Assembly: GCF_006345805.1 (NCBI RefSeq)
Contig: NC_042999.1
Coordinates: forward strand, 56,110,001 to 56,174,000
Reading direction: 5' to 3'
Source of the DNA: Octopus sinensis
Lineage: Eukaryota
DNA length: 64,000 nt
Below are positions 63,400 through 64,000 of the stretch, piece after piece. Position 1 is the first letter of the stretch. Every line of letters begins with the position of its first letter. The notes below the pieces were generated by a model. It was not told the DNA's origin, did not search any database, and saw nothing but the letters and a program-made list of their open reading frames with translations. The translations under genes were made by a program, and so were the position numbers.

Positions 63400-63970
63400 T
63401 CATTCCTAAAACAGATACCAACACACTATATAACCTCTAGCTATACACATACATAAATATCCACATGCTACAGCTCACTTTCAGCCAACCCCTACCACCG
63501 TCATCATGCACTATTTTCACCCCTATATATTTCTGATATCACCCTGTCACTATGCCTTCCCCTCACACCATCCCAAATTATCTGTACTGCCATCTACCAT
63601 CTCCCCAACCCACCCTATTTCCTCCACCTACATTCACCTGTATTCCCATCTCTATCAATGTGCTACTCTCCTTTCATATTCTCACAACCTTACCTACCCA
63701 GCCACTATTCAAACCTGTTCTACATCTCTCTTACACTCACCTTCTTTTCTCTCTTTCCAGCTGGAGTAGCCATGTATCTCCTCTACAGCAAGACACCCGT
63801 TCCTGGTAATCTTACTTTAGCCTTTCATCACCAGGCATAAAGCCACCACTTCTCAATACTACAGCTCAATTCAGTAATGGGATCTTGTCTTGCAAGTTAC
63901 TTGGTGGCTTCACTAATGCCACGGTCACAAAAAAGCACCCAGTATACCTTGTAAAGTGGTTGGAATTAAA
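63400..63970 (+). mobile_element. Pyrimidine-rich non-coding element with RTE-type tail (opposite orientation to the 18440 copy)
   Basis: Reverse complement of motifs in 16000-16150 and 18540-18720. Confidence 0.55.
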
Positions 63971-64000
63971 AACCACACTAAAGTATATATATTAGATCCC

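Overview
AT-rich, microsatellite- and repeat-dense metazoan genomic DNA. The repeat families look like those of an octopus/coleoid cephalopod, which is an inference. There is one 100-N gap at 3849-3948. The only host gene I can support is on the minus strand: 21 exons between 14254 and 62467, with canonical GT-AG junctions and consistent phases, totalling 2908 nt (about 969 aa). They encode the N-terminal ePHD/PHD clusters of a KMT2C/D (MLL3/4, trithorax-related) H3K4 methyltransferase. The start of the gene lies beyond 64000, and I found no HMG or SET exon downstream of 14254. Introns and flanks hold degraded CR1/L2-group LINEs, two RTE LINE families, a Penelope-like element, Helitron fragments, Helentron-type non-autonomous elements, a Tc1/mariner remnant, tRNA-derived SINEs and MITEs. 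The main unexplained structure is a set of minimal Penelope-type hammerhead-ribozyme motifs. Four lie in two independently inserted, TSD-flanked, head-to-head palindromic dimers of a tRNA-headed SINE, one in the loop of a 121-bp fold-back, and one stands alone. All six copies carry some deviation from the canonical core or stems. Also notable: a 127/128-identical inverted repeat brackets three PHD-region exons, and a LINE ORF1 begins with a Myb/SANT-trihelix-like domain.
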